Source: Yuukianura sp. NJ FZ-2021
Lineage: Eukaryota
NCBI GenBank assembly: GCA_046563655.1
Contig: CM102284.1
Coordinates: forward strand, 7,750,001-7,814,000
Direction: 5' to 3'
Length of the DNA stretch: 64,000 bases
Part shown: positions 32,401 through 47,400 of the stretch, piece by piece
Layout: the number at the start of each line of letters is the position of its first letter
How positions within the stretch are numbered: the first letter of the stretch is position 1
Position numbers and translations under genes: made by a program
Notes under the pieces: generated by a model
What the model saw: only the letters and a program-made list of their open reading frames with translations
Databases searched by the model: none
Told to the model about the DNA's origin: nothing

Positions 32401-35400
32401 TTTTTGGGGAGTTTTGTATGAAAAAATGAATTTTTTGACAAAAATTGAGCTTAGTTCATTTCAGATGGGCTTTCCGAGGCAACATATCGGAGTGCAATTT
32501 TCAGTTCTCAGAAAGCTCAGAATGACTTTTTGGGGAGTTTTGTATGAAAAAATGAATTTTTTGACAAAAATTGAGCTTGGTTCATTTCAGATGGGCTTTC
32601 CGAGGCAACATATCGGAGTGCAATTTTCAGTTCTCAGAAAGCTCAGAATGACTTTTTGGGGAGTTTTGTATGAAAAACATGAATTTTTTGACAAAAATTG
32701 AGCTTGGTTCACTTCAGATGGGCGTTCAGAGACAAAATATCGGAGTGCAATTTTCAGTTCTCAGAAAGCTCAGAATGACTTTTTAGGGAGTTTTGTATGA
32801 AAAAATGAATTTTTTGACAAAAATTGAGCTTGGTTCACTTCAGATGGGCTTCCGAGGCGAAATATCGGAGTGCAATTTTCAGTTCTCAGAAAGCTCAGAA
32901 TGACTTTTTGGGGAGTTTTGTATGAAAAACATGAATTTGTTGGCAAAAATTGAGCTTGGTTCACTTCAGATGGGCGTTCAGAGACAAAATATCGGAGTGC
33001 AATTTTCAGTTCTCAGAAAGCTCAGAATGACTTTTTAGGGAGTTTTGTATGAAAAAAAATGAATTTTTTGACAAAAATTGAGCTTGGTTCACTTCAGATG
33101 TGCTTCCCGAGGCAACATATCGGAGTGCAATTTTCAGTTCTCAGAAAGCTCAGAATGACTTTTTGGGGAGTTTTGTATGAAAAACATGAATTTGTTGGCA
33201 AAAATTGAGCTTGGTTCATTTCAGATGGGCTTTCCGAGGCAACATATCGGAGTGCAATTTTCAGTTCTCAGAAAGCTCAGAATGACTTTTTGGGGAGTTT
33301 TGTATGAAAAAAATGAATTTTTTGACAAAAATTGAGCTTGGTTCATTTCACATGGGCTTTCCGAGGCAACATATCGGAGTGCAATTTTCAGTTCTCAGAA
33401 AGCTCAGAATGACTTTTTGGGGAGTTTTGTATGAAAAAAATGAATTTTTTGACAAAAATTGAGCTTGGTTCACTTCAGATGGGCTTCCCGAGGCAAAATA
33501 TCGGAGTGCAATTTTCAGTTCTCAGAAAGCTCAGAATGACTTTTTGGGGAGTTTTGTATGAAAAAATGAATTTTTTGACAAAAATTGAGCTTAGTTCATT
33601 TCAGATGGGCTTTCCGAGGCAACATATCGGAGTGCAATTTTCAGTTCTCAGAAAGCTCAGAATGACTTTTTGGGGAGTTTTGTATGAAAAAAATTAATTT
33701 TTTGACAAAAATTGAGCTTGGTTCATTTCAGATGGGCTTTCCGAGGCAACATATCGGAGTGCAATTTTCAGTTCTCAGAAAGCTCAGAATGACTTTTTGG
33801 GGAGTTTTGTATGAAAAACATGAATTTGTTGGCAAAAATTGAGCTTGGTTCATTTCAGATGGGCTTTCCGAGGCAACATATCGGAGTGCAATTTTCAGTT
33901 CTCAGAAAGCTCAGAATGACTTTTTGGGAGTTTTCTATGAAAAACATGAATTTTTTGACACAAATTGAGCTTGGTTTACTTCAGATGGGCTTTCCGTGGC
34001 AAAATATCGGAGTGCAATTTTCAGTACTCAGAAAGCTCAGAATGAATTTTTGGGGAGTTTTGTATGAAAAAAATGAATTTTTTGACAAAAATTGAGCTTG
34101 GTTCACTTCAGATGGGCGTTCAGAGACAAAATATCGGTGTGCAATTTTCAGTTCTCAGAAAGCTCAGAATGACTTTTTAGGGAGTTTTGTATGAAAAATG
34201 AATTTTTTGACAAAAATTGAGCTTGGTTTACTTCAGATGGGCTTTCCGTGGCAAAATATCGGAGTGCAATTTTCAGTACTCAGAAAGCTCAGAATGAATT
34301 TTTGGGGAGTTTTGTATGAAAAAAATGAATTTTTTGACAAAAATTGAGCTTGGTTCACTTCAGATGGGCGTTCAGAGACAAAATATCGGAGTGCAATTTT
34401 CAGTTCTCAGAAAGCTCAGAATGACTTTTTGGGAGTTTTGTATGAAAAACATGAATTTTTTGACACAAATTGAGCTTGGTTTACTTCAGATGGGCTTTCC
34501 GTGGCAAAATATCGGAGTGCAATTTTCAGTACTCAGAAAGCTCAGAATGAATTTTTGGGGAGTTTTGTATGAAAAAAATGAATTTTTTGACAAAAATTGA
34601 GCTTGGTTCACTTCAGATGGGCGTTCAGAGACAAAATATCGGAGTGCAATTTTCAGTTCTCAGAAAGCTCAGAATGACTTTTTAGGGAGTTTTGTATGAA
34701 AAAAATGAATTTTTTGACAAAAATTGAGCTTGGTTCACTTCAGATGGGCGTTCAGAGACAAAATATCGGAGTGCAATTTTCAGTTCTCAGAAAGCTCAGA
34801 ATGACTTTTTAGGGAGTTTTGTATGAAAAAAAATGAATTTGTTGGCAAAAATTGAGCTTGGTTCATTTCAGATGGGCTTTCCGAGGCAACATATCGGAGT
34901 GCAATTTTCAGTTCTCAGAAAGCTCAGAATGACTTTTTGGGGAGTTTTGTATGAAAAAAATGAATTTTTTGACAAAAATTGAGCTTGGTTCATTTCAGAT
35001 GGGCTTTCCGAGGCAACATATCGGAGTGCAATTTTCAGTTCTCAGAAAGCTCAGAATGACTTTTTGGGGAGTTTTGTATGAAAAAAAATGAATTTTTTGA
35101 CAAAAATTGAGCTTGGTTCATTTCAGATGGGCTTTCCGAGGCAACATATCGGAGTGCAATTTTCAGTTCTCAGAAAGCTCAGAATGACTTTTTGGGGAGT
35201 TTTGTATGAAAAAAATGAATTTTTTGACAAAAATTGAGCTTGGTTCACTTCAGATGGGCTTCCCGAGGCGAAATATCGGAGTGCAATTTTCAGTTCTCAG
35301 AAAGCTCAGAATGACTTTTTGGGGAGTTTTGTATGAAAAACATGAATTTGTTGGCAAAAATTGAGCTTGGTTCACTTCAGATGGGCGTTCAGAGACAAAA

Positions 35401-38400
35401 TATCGGAGTGCAATTTTCAGTTCTCAGAAAGCTCAGAATGACTTTTTAGGGAGTTTTGTCTGAAAAAAAATGAATTTTTTGACAAAAATTGAGCTTGGTT
35501 CACTTCAGATGGGCTTCCCGAGGCAACATATCGGAGTGCAATTTTCAGTTCTCAGAAAGCTCAGAATGACTTTTTGGGGAGTTTTGTATGAAAAACATGA
35601 ATTTGTTGGCAAAAATTGAGCTTGGTTCATTTCAGATGGGCTTTCCGAGGCAACATATCGGAGTGCAATTTTCAGTTCTCAGAAAGCTCAGAATGACTTT
35701 TTGAGGAGTTTTGTATGAAAAAAAAATGAACTTTTTGACAAAAATTGAGCTTGGTTCATTTCACATGGGCTTTCCGAGGCAACATATCGGAGTGCAATTT
35801 TCAGTTCTCAGAAAGCTCAGAATGACTTTTTGAGGAGTTTTGTATGAAAAAAATGAATTTTTTGACAAAAATTGAGCTTGGTTCACTTCAGATGGGCTTC
35901 CCGAGGCAAAATATCGGAGTGCAATTTTCAGTTCTCAGAAAGCTCAGAATGACTTTTTGGGGAGTTTTGTATGAAAAAATGAATTTTTTGACAAAAATTG
36001 AGCTTAGTTCATTTCAGATGGGCTTTCCGAGGCAACATATCGGAGTGCAATTTTCAGTTCTCAGAAAGCTCAGAATGACTTTTTGGGGAGTTTTGTATGA
36101 AAAAATTGAATTTTTTGACAAAAATTGAGCTTGGTTCATTTCAGATGGGCTTTCCGAGGCAACATATCGGAGTGCAATTTTCAGTTCTCAGAAAGCTCAG
36201 AATGACTTTTTGGGGAGTTTTGTATGAAAAACATGAATTTGTTGGCAAAAATTGAGCTTGGTTCATTTCAGATGGGCTTTCCGAGGCAACATATCGGAGT
36301 GCAATTTTCAGTTCTCAGAAAGCTCAGAATGACTTTTTGGGAGTTTTGTATGAAAAACATGAATTTTTTGACACAAATTGAGCTTGGTTTACTTCAGATG
36401 GGCTTTCCGTGGCAAAATATCGGAGTGCAATTTTCAGTACTCAGAAAGCTCAGAATGAATTTTTGGGGAGTTTTGTATGAAAAAAATGAATTTTTTGACA
36501 AAAATTGAGCTTGGTTCACTTCAGATGGGCGTTCAGAGACAAAATATCGGAGTGCAATTTTCAGTTCTCAGAAAGCTCAGAATGACTTTTTAGGGAGTTT
36601 TGTATGAAAAAATGAATTTTTTGACAAAAATTGAGCTTGGTTCATTTCAGATGGGCTTTCCGAGGCAACATATCGGAGTGCAATTTTCAGTTCTCAGAAA
36701 GCTCAGAATGACTTTTTGGGGAGTTTTGTATGAAAAACATGAATTTGTTGGCAAAAATTGAGCTTGGTTCATTTCAGATGGGCTTTCCGAGGCAACATAT
36801 CGGAGTGCAATTTTCAGTTCTCAGAAAGCTCAGAATGACTTTTTGGGAGTTTTGTATGAAAAACATGAATTTTTTGACACAAATTGAGCTTGGTTTACTT
36901 CAGATGGGCTTTCCGTGGCAAAATATCGGAGTGCAATTTTCAGTACTCAGAAAGCTCAGAATGAATTTTTGGGGAGTTTTGTATGAAAAAAATGAATTTT
37001 TTGACAAAAATTGAGCTTGGTTCACTTCAGATGGGCGTTCAGAGACAAAATATCGGAGTGCAATTTTCAGTTCTCAGAAAGCTCAGAATGACTTTTTAGG
37101 GAGTTTTGTATGAAAAAAAAATGAATTTTTTGACAAAAATTGAGCTTGGTTCATTTCAGATGGGCTTTCCGAGGCAACATATCGGAGTGCAATTTTCAGT
37201 TCTCAGAAAGCTCAGAATGACTTTTTGGGGAGTTTTGTATGAAAAAAATGAATTTTTTGACAAAAATTGAGCTTGGTTCACTTCAGATGGGCGTTCAGAG
37301 ACAAAATATCGGAGTGCAATTTTCAGTTCTCAGAAAGCTCAGAATGACTTTTTGGGAGTTTTGTATGAAAAACATGAATTTTTTGACACAAATTGAGCTT
37401 GGTTTACTTCAGATGGGCTTTCCGTGGCAAAATATCGGAGTGCAATTTTCAGTACTCAGAAAGCTCAGAATGAATTTTTGGGGAGTTTTGTATGAAAAAA
37501 ATGAATTTTTTGACAAAAATTGAGCTTGGTTCACTTCAGATGGGCGTTCAGAGACAAAATATCGGAGTGCAATTTTCAGTTCTCAGAAAGCTCAGAATGA
37601 CTTTTTAGGGAGTTTTGTATGAAAAAAATGAATTTTTTGACAAAAATTGAGCTTGGTTCACTTCAGATGGGCGTTCAGAGACAAAATATCGGAGTGCAAT
37701 TTTCAGTTCTCAGAAAGCTCAGAATGACTTTTTAGGGAGTTTTGTATGAAAAAAATGAATTTGTTGGCAAAAATTGAGCTTGGTTCATTTCAGATGGGCT
37801 TTCCGAGGCAACATATCGGAGTGCAATTTTCAGTTCTCAGAAAGCTCAGAATGACTTTTTGGGGAGTTTTGTATGAAAAAAAATGAATTTTTTGACAAAA
37901 ATTGAGCTTGGTTCATTTCAGATGGGCTTTCCGAGGCAACATATCGGAGTGCAATTTTCAGTTCTCAGAAAGCTCAGAATGACTTTTTGGGGAGTTTTGT
38001 ATGAAAAAAAATGAATTTTTTGACAAAAATTGAGCTTGGTTCATTTCAGATGGGCTTTCCGAGGCAACATATCGGAGTGCAATTTTCAGTTCTCAGAAAG
38101 CTCAGAATGACTTTTTGGGGAGTTTTGTATGAAAAAAATGAATTTTTTGACAAAAATTGAGCTTGGTTCACTTCAGATGGGCTTCCCGAGGCGAAATATC
38201 GGAGTGCAATTTTCAGTTCTCAGAAAGCTCAGAATGACTTTTTGGGGAGTTTTGTATGAAAAACATGAATTTGTTGGCAAAAATTGAGCTTGGTTCACTT
38301 CAGATGGGCGTTCAGAGACAAAATATCGGAGTGCAATTTTCAGTTCTCAGAAAGCTCAGAATGACTTTTTAGGGAGTTTTGTCTGAAAAAAAATGAATTT

Positions 38401-41400
38401 TTTGACAAAAATTGAGCTTGGTTCACTTCAGATGGGCTTCCCGAGGCAACATATCGGAGTGCAATTTTCAGTTCTCAGAAAGCTCAGAATGACTTTTTGG
38501 GGAGTTTTGTATGAAAAACATGAATTTGTTGGCAAAAATTGAGCTTGGTTCATTTCAGATGGGCTTTCCGAGGCAACATATCGGAGTGCAATTTTCAGTT
38601 CTCAGAAAGCTCAGAATGACTTTTTGAGGAGTTTTGTATGAAAAAAATGAATTTTTTGACAAAAATTGAGCTTGGTTCACTTCAGATGGGCTTTCCGAGG
38701 CAAATTATCGGAGTGCAATTTTCAGTTCTCAGAAAGCTCAGAATGACTTTTTGAGGAGTTTTGTATGAAAAAAATGAATTTTTTGACAAAAATTGAGCTT
38801 GGTTCACTTCAGATGGGCTTCCCGAGGCAAAATATCGGAGTGCAATTTTCAGTTCTCAGAAAGCTCAGAATGACTTTTTGGGGAGTTTTGTATGAAAAAA
38901 TGAATTTTTTGACAAAAATTGAGCTTAGTTCATTTCAGATGGGCTTTCCGAGGCAACATATCGGAGTGCAATTTTCAGTTCTCAGAAAGCTCAGAATGAC
39001 TTTTTGGGGAGTTTTGTATGAAAAAAATGAATTTTTTGACAAAAATTGAGCTTGGTTCATTTCAGATGGGCTTTCCGAGGCAACATATCGGAGTGCAATT
39101 TTCAGTTCTCAGAAAGCTCAGAATGACTTTTTGGGGAGTTTTGTATGAAAAACATGAATTTGTTGGCAAAAATTGAGCTTGGTTCATTTCAGATGGGCTT
39201 TCCGAGGCAACATATCGGAGTGCAATTTTCAGTTCTCAGAAAGCTCAGAATGACTTTTTGGGAGTTTTGTATGAAAAACATGAATTTTTTGACACAAATT
39301 GAGCTTGGTTTACTTCAGATGGGCTTTCCGTGGCAAAATATCGGAGTGCAATTTTCAGTACTCAGAAAGCTCAGAATGAATTTTTGGGGAGTTTTGTATG
39401 AAAAAAATGAATTTTTTGACAAAAATTGAGCTTGGTTCACTTCAGATGGGCGTTCAGAGACAAAATATCGGAGTGCAATTTTCAGTTCTCAGAAAGCTCA
39501 GAATGACTTTTATGGGAGTTTTTCATGAAACAAATGAATTTTTTGACAAAAATTGAGCTTGGTTCATTTCAGATGGGCTTTCCGAGGCAACATATCGGAG
39601 TGCAATTTTCAGTTCTCAGAAAGCTCAGAATGACTTTTTGGGGAGTTTTGTATGAAAAACATGAATTTGTTGGCAAAAATTGAGCTTGGTTCATTTCAGA
39701 TGGGCTTTCCGAGGCAACATATCGGAGTGCAATTTTCAGTTCTCAGAAAGCTCAGAATGACTTTTTGGGAGTTTTGTATGAAAAACATGAATTTTTTGAC
39801 ACAAATTGAGCTTGGTTTACTTCAGATGGGCTTTCCGTGGCAAAATATCGGAGTGCAATTTTCAGTACTCAGAAAGCTCAGAATGAATTTTTGGGGAGTT
39901 TTGTATGAAAAAAATGAATTTTTTGACAAAAATTGAGCTTGGTTCACTTCAGATGGGCGTTCAGAGACAAAATATCGGAGTGCAATTTTCAGTTCTCAGA
40001 AAGCTCAGAATGACTTTTTAGGGAGTTTTGTATGAAAAAAAATGAATTTTTTGACAAAAATTGAGCTTGGTTCATTTCAGATGGGCTTTCCGAGGCAACA
40101 TATCGGAGTGCAATTTTCAGTTCTCAGAAAGCTCAGAATGACTTTTTGGGGAGTTTTGTATGAAAAAAATGAATTTTTTGACAAAAATTGAGCTTGGTTC
40201 ACTTCAGATGGGCGTTCAGAGACAAAATATCGGAGTGCAATTTTCAGTTCTCAGAAAGCTCAGAATGACTTTTTGGGAGTTTTGTATGAAAAACATGAAT
40301 TTTTTGACACAAATTGAGCTTGGTTTACTTCAGATGGGCTTTCCGTGGCAAAATATCGGAGTGCAATTTTCAGTTCTCAGAAAGCTCAGAATGAATTTTT
40401 GGGGAGTTTTGTATGAAAAAAATGAATTTTTTGACAAAAATTGAGCTTGGTTCACTTCAGATGGGCGTTCAGAGACAAAATATCGGAGTGCAATTTTCAG
40501 TTCTCAGAAAGCTCAGAATGACTTTTTAGGGAGTTTTGTATGAAAAAAATGAATTTTTTGACAAAAATTGAGCTTGGTTCACTTCAGATGGGCGTTCAGA
40601 GACAAAATATCGGAGTGCAATTTTCAGTTCTCAGAAAGCTCAGAATGACTTTTTAGGGAGTTTTGTATGAAAAAAAATGAATTTGTTGGCAAAAATTGAG
40701 CTTGGTTCATTTCAGATGGGCTTTCCGAGGCAACATATCGGAGTGCAATTTTCAGTTCTCAGAAAGCTCAGAATGACTTTTTGGGGAGTTTTGTATGAAA
40801 AAAATGAATTTTTTGACAAAAATTGAGCTTGGTTCATTTCAGATGGGCTTTCCGAGGCAACATATCGGAGTGCAATTTTCAGTTCTCAGAAAGCTCAGAA
40901 TGACTTTTTGGGGAGTTTTGTATGAAAAACATGAATTTGTTGGCAAAAATTGAGCTTGGTTCATTTCAGATGGGCTTTCCGAGGCAACATATCGGAGTGC
41001 AATTTTCAGTTCTCAGAAAGCTCAGAATGACTTTTTGGGAGTTTTGTATGAAAAACATGAATTTTTTGACACAAATTGAGCTTGGTTTACTTCAGATGGG
41101 CTTTCCGTGGCAAAATATCGGAGTGCAATTTTCAGTACTCAGAAAGCTCAGAATGAATTTTTGGGGAGTTTTGTATGAAAAAAATGAATTTTTTGACAAA
41201 AATTGAGCTTGGTTCACTTCAGATGGGCGTTCAGAGACAAAATATCGGAGTGCAATTTTCAGTTCTCAGAAAGCTCAGAATGACTTTTTAGGGAGTTTTG
41301 TATGAAAAAAAATGAATTTTTTGACAAAAATTGAGCTTGGTTCATTTCAGATGGGCTTTCCGAGGCAACATATCGGAGTGCAATTTTCAGTTCTCAGAAA

Positions 41401-44400
41401 GCTCAGAATGACTTTTTGGGGAGTTTTGTATGAAAAAAATGAATTTTTTGACAAAAATTGAGCTTGGTTCACTTCAGATGGGCGTTCAGAGACAAAATAT
41501 CGGAGTGCAATTTTCAGTTCTCAGAAAGCTCAGAATGACTTTTTGGGAGTTTTGTATGAAAAACATGAATTTTTTGACACAAATTGAGCTTGGTTTACTT
41601 CAGATGGGCTTTCCGTGGCAAAATATCGGAGTGCAATTTTCAGTTCTCAGAAAGCTCAGAATGAATTTTTGGGGAGTTTTGTATGAAAAAAATGAATTTT
41701 TTGACAAAAATTGAGCTTGGTTCACTTCAGATGGGCGTTCAGAGACAAAATATCGGAGTGCAATTTTCAGTTCTCAGAAAGCTCAGAATGACTTTTTAGG
41801 GAGTTTTGTATGAAAAAAATGAATTTTTTGACAAAAATTGAGCTTGGTTCACTTCAGATGGGCGTTCAGAGACAAAATATCGGAGTGCAATTTTCAGTTC
41901 TCAGAAAGCTCAGAATGACTTTTTAGGGAGTTTTGTATGAAAAAAAATGAATTTGTTGGCAAAAATTGAGCTTGGTTCATTTCAGATGGGCTTTCCGAGG
42001 CAACATATCGGAGTGCAATTTTCAGTTCTCAGAAAGCTCAGAATGACTTTTTGGGGAGTTTTGTATGAAAAAAAATGAATTTTTTGACAAAAATTGAGCT
42101 TGGTTCATTTCAGATGGGCTTTCCGAGGCAACATATCGGAGTGCAATTTTCAGTTCTCAGAAAGCTCAGAATGACTTTTTGGGGAGTTTTGTATGAAAAA
42201 AATGAATTTTTTGACAAAAATTGAGCTTGGTTCATTTCAGATGGGCTTTCCGAGGCAACATATCGGAGTGCAATTTTCAGTTCTCAGAAAGCTCAGAATG
42301 ACTTTTTGGGGAGTTTTGTATGAAAAAAATGAATTTTTTGACAAAAATTGAGCTTGGTTCACTTCAGATGGGCTTCCCGAGGCGAAATATCGGAGTGCAA
42401 TTTTCAGTTCTCAGAAAGCTCAGAATGACTTTTTGGGGAGTTTTGTATGAAAAACATGAATTTGTTGGCAAAAATTGAGCTTGGTTCACTTCAGATGGGC
42501 GTTCAGAGACAAAATATCGGAGTGCAATTTTCAGTTCTCAGAAAGCTCAGAATGACTTTTTAGGGAGTTTTGTCTGAAAAAAAATGAATTTTTTGACAAA
42601 AATTGAGCTTGGTTCACTTCAGATGGGCTTCCCGAGGCAACATATCGGAGTGCAATTTTCAGTTCTCAGAAAGCTCAGAATGACTTTTTGGGGAGTTTTG
42701 TATGAAAAACATGAATTTGTTGGCAAAAATTGAGCTTGGTTCATTTCAGATGGGCTTTCCGAGGCAACATATCGGAGTGCAATTTTCAGTTCTCAGAAAG
42801 CTCAGAATGACTTTTTGAGGAGTTTTGAATGAAAAAAAAATTAATTTTTTGACAAAAATTGAGCTTGGTTCACTTCAGATGGGCTTGCCGATGCAAAATA
42901 TCGGAGTGCAATTTTCAGTTCTCAGAAAGCTCAGAATGACTTTTTGAGGAGTTTTGTATGAAAAAAATGAATTTTTTGACAAAAATTGAGCTTGGTTCAC
43001 TTCAGATGGGCTTCCCGAGGCAAAATATCGGAGTGCAATTTTCAGTTCTCAGAAAGCTCAGAATGACTTTTTGGGGAGTTTTGTATGAAAAAATGAATTT
43101 TTTGACAAAAATTGAGCTTGGTTCATTTCAGATGGGCTTTCCGAGGCAACATATCGGAGTGCAATTTTCAGTTCTCAGAAAGCTCAGAATGACTTTTTGG
43201 GGAGTTTTGTATGAAAAAAATGAATTTTTTGACAAAAATTGAGCTTGGTTCATTTCAGATGGGCTTTCCGAGGCAACATATCGGAGTGCAATTTTCAGTT
43301 CTCAGAAAGCTCAGAATGACTTTTTGGGGAGTTTTGTATGAAAAACATGAATTTGTTGGCAAAAATTGAGCTTGGTTCATTTCAGATGGGCTTTCCGAGG
43401 CAACATATCGGAGTGCAATTTTCAGTTCTCAGAAAGCTCAGAATGACTTTTTGGGAGTTTTGTATGAAAAACATGAATTTTTTGACACAAATTGAGCTTG
43501 GTTTACTTCAGATGGGCTTTCCGTGGCAAAATATCGGAGTGCAATTTTCAGTACTCAGAAAGCTCAGAATGAATTTTTGGGGAGTTTTGTATGAAAAAAA
43601 TGAATTTTTTGACAAAAATTGAGCTTGGTTCACTTCAGATGGGCGTTCAGAGACAAAATATCGGAGTGCAATTTTCAGTTCTCAGAAAGCTCAGAATGAC
43701 TTTTTAGGGAGTTTTGTATGAAAAAAAATGAATTTTTTGACAAAAATTGAGCTTGGTTCATTTCAGATGGGCTTTCCGAGGCAACATATCGGAGTGCAAT
43801 TTTCAGTTCTCAGAAAGCTCAGAATGACTTTTTGGGGAGTTTTGTATGAAAAACATGAATTTGTTGGCAAAAATTGAGCTTGGTTCATTTCAGATGGGCT
43901 TTCCGAGGCAACATATCGGAGTGCAATTTTCAGTTCTCAGAAAGCTCAGAATGACTTTTTGGGAGTTTTGTATGAAAAACATGAATTTTTTGACACAAAT
44001 TGAGCTTGGTTCACTTCAGATGGGCTTTCCGAGGCAAAATATCGGAGTGCAATTTTCAGTTCTCAGAAAGCTCAGAATGACTTTTTGGGGAGTTTTCAAT
44101 GAAACAAATGAATTTTTTGACAAAAATTGAGCTTGGTTCACTTCAGATGGGCTTTCCGAGACAAAATATCGGAGTGCAATTTTCAGTTCTCAGAAAGCTC
44201 AGAATGACTTTTTGGGGAGTTTTTAATGAAACAAATGAATTTTTTGACAAAAATTGAGCTTGGTTCACTTCAGATGGGCTTTCCGAGGCAAAATATCGGA
44301 GTGCAATTTTCAGTTCTCAGAAAGCTCAGAATGACTTTTTGGGGAGTTTTGAATGAAAAAAATGAATTTGTTGGCAAAAATTGAGCTTGGTTCATTTCTC

Positions 44401-47400
44401 CTCAAAACTCCCCAAAAAGTCATTCTGAGCTTTCTGAGAACTGAAAATTGCACTCCGATATTTTGCCTCGGAAAGCCCATCTGAAGTGAACCAAGCTCAA
44501 TTTTTGTCAAAAAATTCATTTGTTTCATTAAAAACTCCCCTAAAAGTCATTCTGAGCTTTCTGAGAACTGAAAATTGCACTCCGATATTTTGCCTCGGAA
44601 AGCCCATCTGAAGTGAACCAAGCTCAATTTTTGTCAAAAAATTCATTTTTTCATTCAAAACTCCCCAAAAAGTCATTCTGAGCTTTCTGAGAACTGAAAA
44701 TTGCACTCCGATATTTTGCCTCGGAAAGCCCATCTGAAGTGAACCAAGCTCAATTTTTGTCAAAAAATTCATTTTTTTCATTCAAAACTCCCCAAAAAGT
44801 CATTCTGAGCTTTCTGAGAACTGAAAATTGCACTCCGATATTTTGCCTCGGAAAGCCCATCTCAGAAAGCTCAGAATGACTTTTTGGGGAGTTTTGAATG
44901 AAACAAATGAATTTTTTGACAAAAATTGAGCTTGGTTCACTTCAGATGGGCTTTCCGAGGCAAAATATCGGAGTGCAATTTTCAGTTCTCAGAAAGCTCA
45001 GAATGACTTTTTGGGGAGTTTTGAATGAAAAAAATTAATTTTTTGACAAAAATTGAGCTTGGTTCACTTCAGATGGGCTTTCCGAGGCAAAATATCGGAG
45101 TGCAATTTTCAGTTCTCAGAAAGCTCAGAATGACTTTTTGGGGAGTTTTCAATGAAACAAATGAATTTTTTGACAAAAATTGAGCTTGGTTCACTTCAGA
45201 TGGGCTTTCCGAGACAAAATATCGGAGTGCAATTTTCAGTTCTCAGAAAGCTCAGAATGACTTTTTGGGGAGTTTTGAATGAAAAAAATGAATTTTTTGA
45301 CAAAAATTGAGCTTGGTTCACTTCAGATGGGCTTTCCGAGGCAAAATATCGGAGTGCAATTTTCAGTTCTCAGAAAGCTCAGAATGACTTTTTGGGGAGT
45401 TTTGTATGAAAAACATGAATTTGTTGGCAAAAATTGAGCTTGGTTCATTTCAGATGGGCTTTCCGAGGCAACATATCGGAGTGCAATTTTCAGTTCTCAG
45501 AAAGCTCAGAATGACTTTTTGAGGAGTTTTGTATGAAAAAAAATGAATTTTTTGACAAAAATTGAGCTTGGTTCATTTCAGATGGGCTTTCCGAGGCAAA
45601 ATATCGGAGTGCAATTTTCAGTTCTCAGAAAGCTCAGAATGACTTTTTGGGGAGTTTTGAATGAAAAAAATGAATTTTTTGACAAAAATTGAGCTTGGTT
45701 CACTTCAGATGGGCTTTCCGAGGCAAAATATCGGAGTGCAATTTTCAGTTCTCAGAAAGCTCAGAATGACTTTTTGGGGAGTTTTGTATGAAAAAAATGA
45801 ATTTTTTGACAAAAATTGAGCTTGGTTCATTTCAGATGGGCTTTCCGAGGGAACATATCGGAGTGCAATTTTCAGTTCTCAGAAAGCTCAGAATGACTTT
45901 TTGGGGAGTTTTGTATGAAAAAAAATGAATTTTTTGACAAAAATTGAGCTTGGTTCATTTCAGATGGGCTTTCCGAGGCAACATATCGGAGTGCAATTTT
46001 CAGTTCTCAGAAACCTCAGAATGACTTTTTAGGGAGTTTTGTATGAAAAAAAATGAATTTTTTGACAAAAATTGAGCTTGGTTCACTTCAGATGGGCGTT
46101 CAGAGACAAAATATCGGAGTGCAATTTTCAGTTCTCAGAAAGCTCAGAATGACTTTTTGGGGAGTTTTGTATGAAAAAAATGAATTTTTTGACAAAAATT
46201 GAGCTTGGTTCACTTCAGATGGGCTTTCCCGAGGCAACATATCGGAGTGCAATTTTCAGTTCTCAGAAAGCTCAGAATGACTTTTTGGGGAGTTTTGTAT
46301 GAAAAACATGAATTTGTTGGCAAAAATTGAGCTTGGTTCATTTCAGATGGGCTTTCCGAGGCAACATATCGGAGTGCAATTTTCAGTTCTCAGAAAGCTC
46401 AGAATGACTTTTTGGGGAGTTTTGTATGAAAAAAATGAATTTTTTGACAAAAATTGAGCTTGGTTCATTTCAGATGGGCTTTCCGAGGCAAAATATCGGA
46501 GTGCAATTTTCAGTTCTCAGAAAGCTCAGAATGACTTTTTGGGGAGTTTTGTATGAAAAAATGAATTTTTTGACAAAAATTGAGCTTGGTTCATTTCAGA
46601 TGGGCTTTCCGAGGCAACATATCGGAGTGCAATTTTCAGTTCTCAGAAAGCTCAGAATGACTTTTTGGGGAGTTTTGTATGAAAAAAATGAATTTTTTGA
46701 CAAAAATTGAGCTTGGTTCATTTCAGATGGGCTTTCCGAGGCAACATATCGGAGTGCAATTTTCAGTTCTCAGAAAGCTCAGAATGACTTTTTAGGGAGT
46801 TTTGTATGAAAAAAATTAATTTTTTGACAAAAATTGAGCTTGGTTCACTTCAGATGGGCTTTCCGAGGCAACATATCGGAGTGCAATTTTCAGTTCTCAG
46901 AAAGCTCAGAATGACTTTTTGGGGAGTTTTGTATGAAAAACATGAATTTGTTGGCAAAAATTGAGCTTGGTTCACTTCAGATGGGCGTTCAGAGACAAAA
47001 TATCGGAGTGCAATTTTCAGTTCTCAGAAAGCTCAGAATGACTTTTTAGGGAGTTTTGTATGAAAAAAAATGAATTTTTTGACAAAAATTGAGCTTGGTT
47101 CACTTCAGATGGGCTGTCCGAGGCAACATATCGGAGTGCAATTTTCAGTTCTCAGAAAGCTCAGAATGACTTTTTGGGGAGTTTTATATGAAAAACATGA
47201 ATTTGTTGGCAAAAATTGAGATTGGTTCATTTCAGATGGGCTCTCCGAAGCAAAATATTGGAGTGCAATTTTCAGTTCTCAGAAAGCTCAGAATGACTTT
47301 TTGAGGAGTTTTGAATGAAAAAAAAATTAATTTTTTGACAGAAATTGAGCTTGGTTCACTTCAAATGGGCTTTCAGATGCAAAATATCGGAGTGCAATTT

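Noticed and set aside
17429-44398. CRISPR-like regular repeat
   Set aside because: There are no unique spacers, the whole monomer is repeated, and there are no cas genes. The context is eukaryotic.
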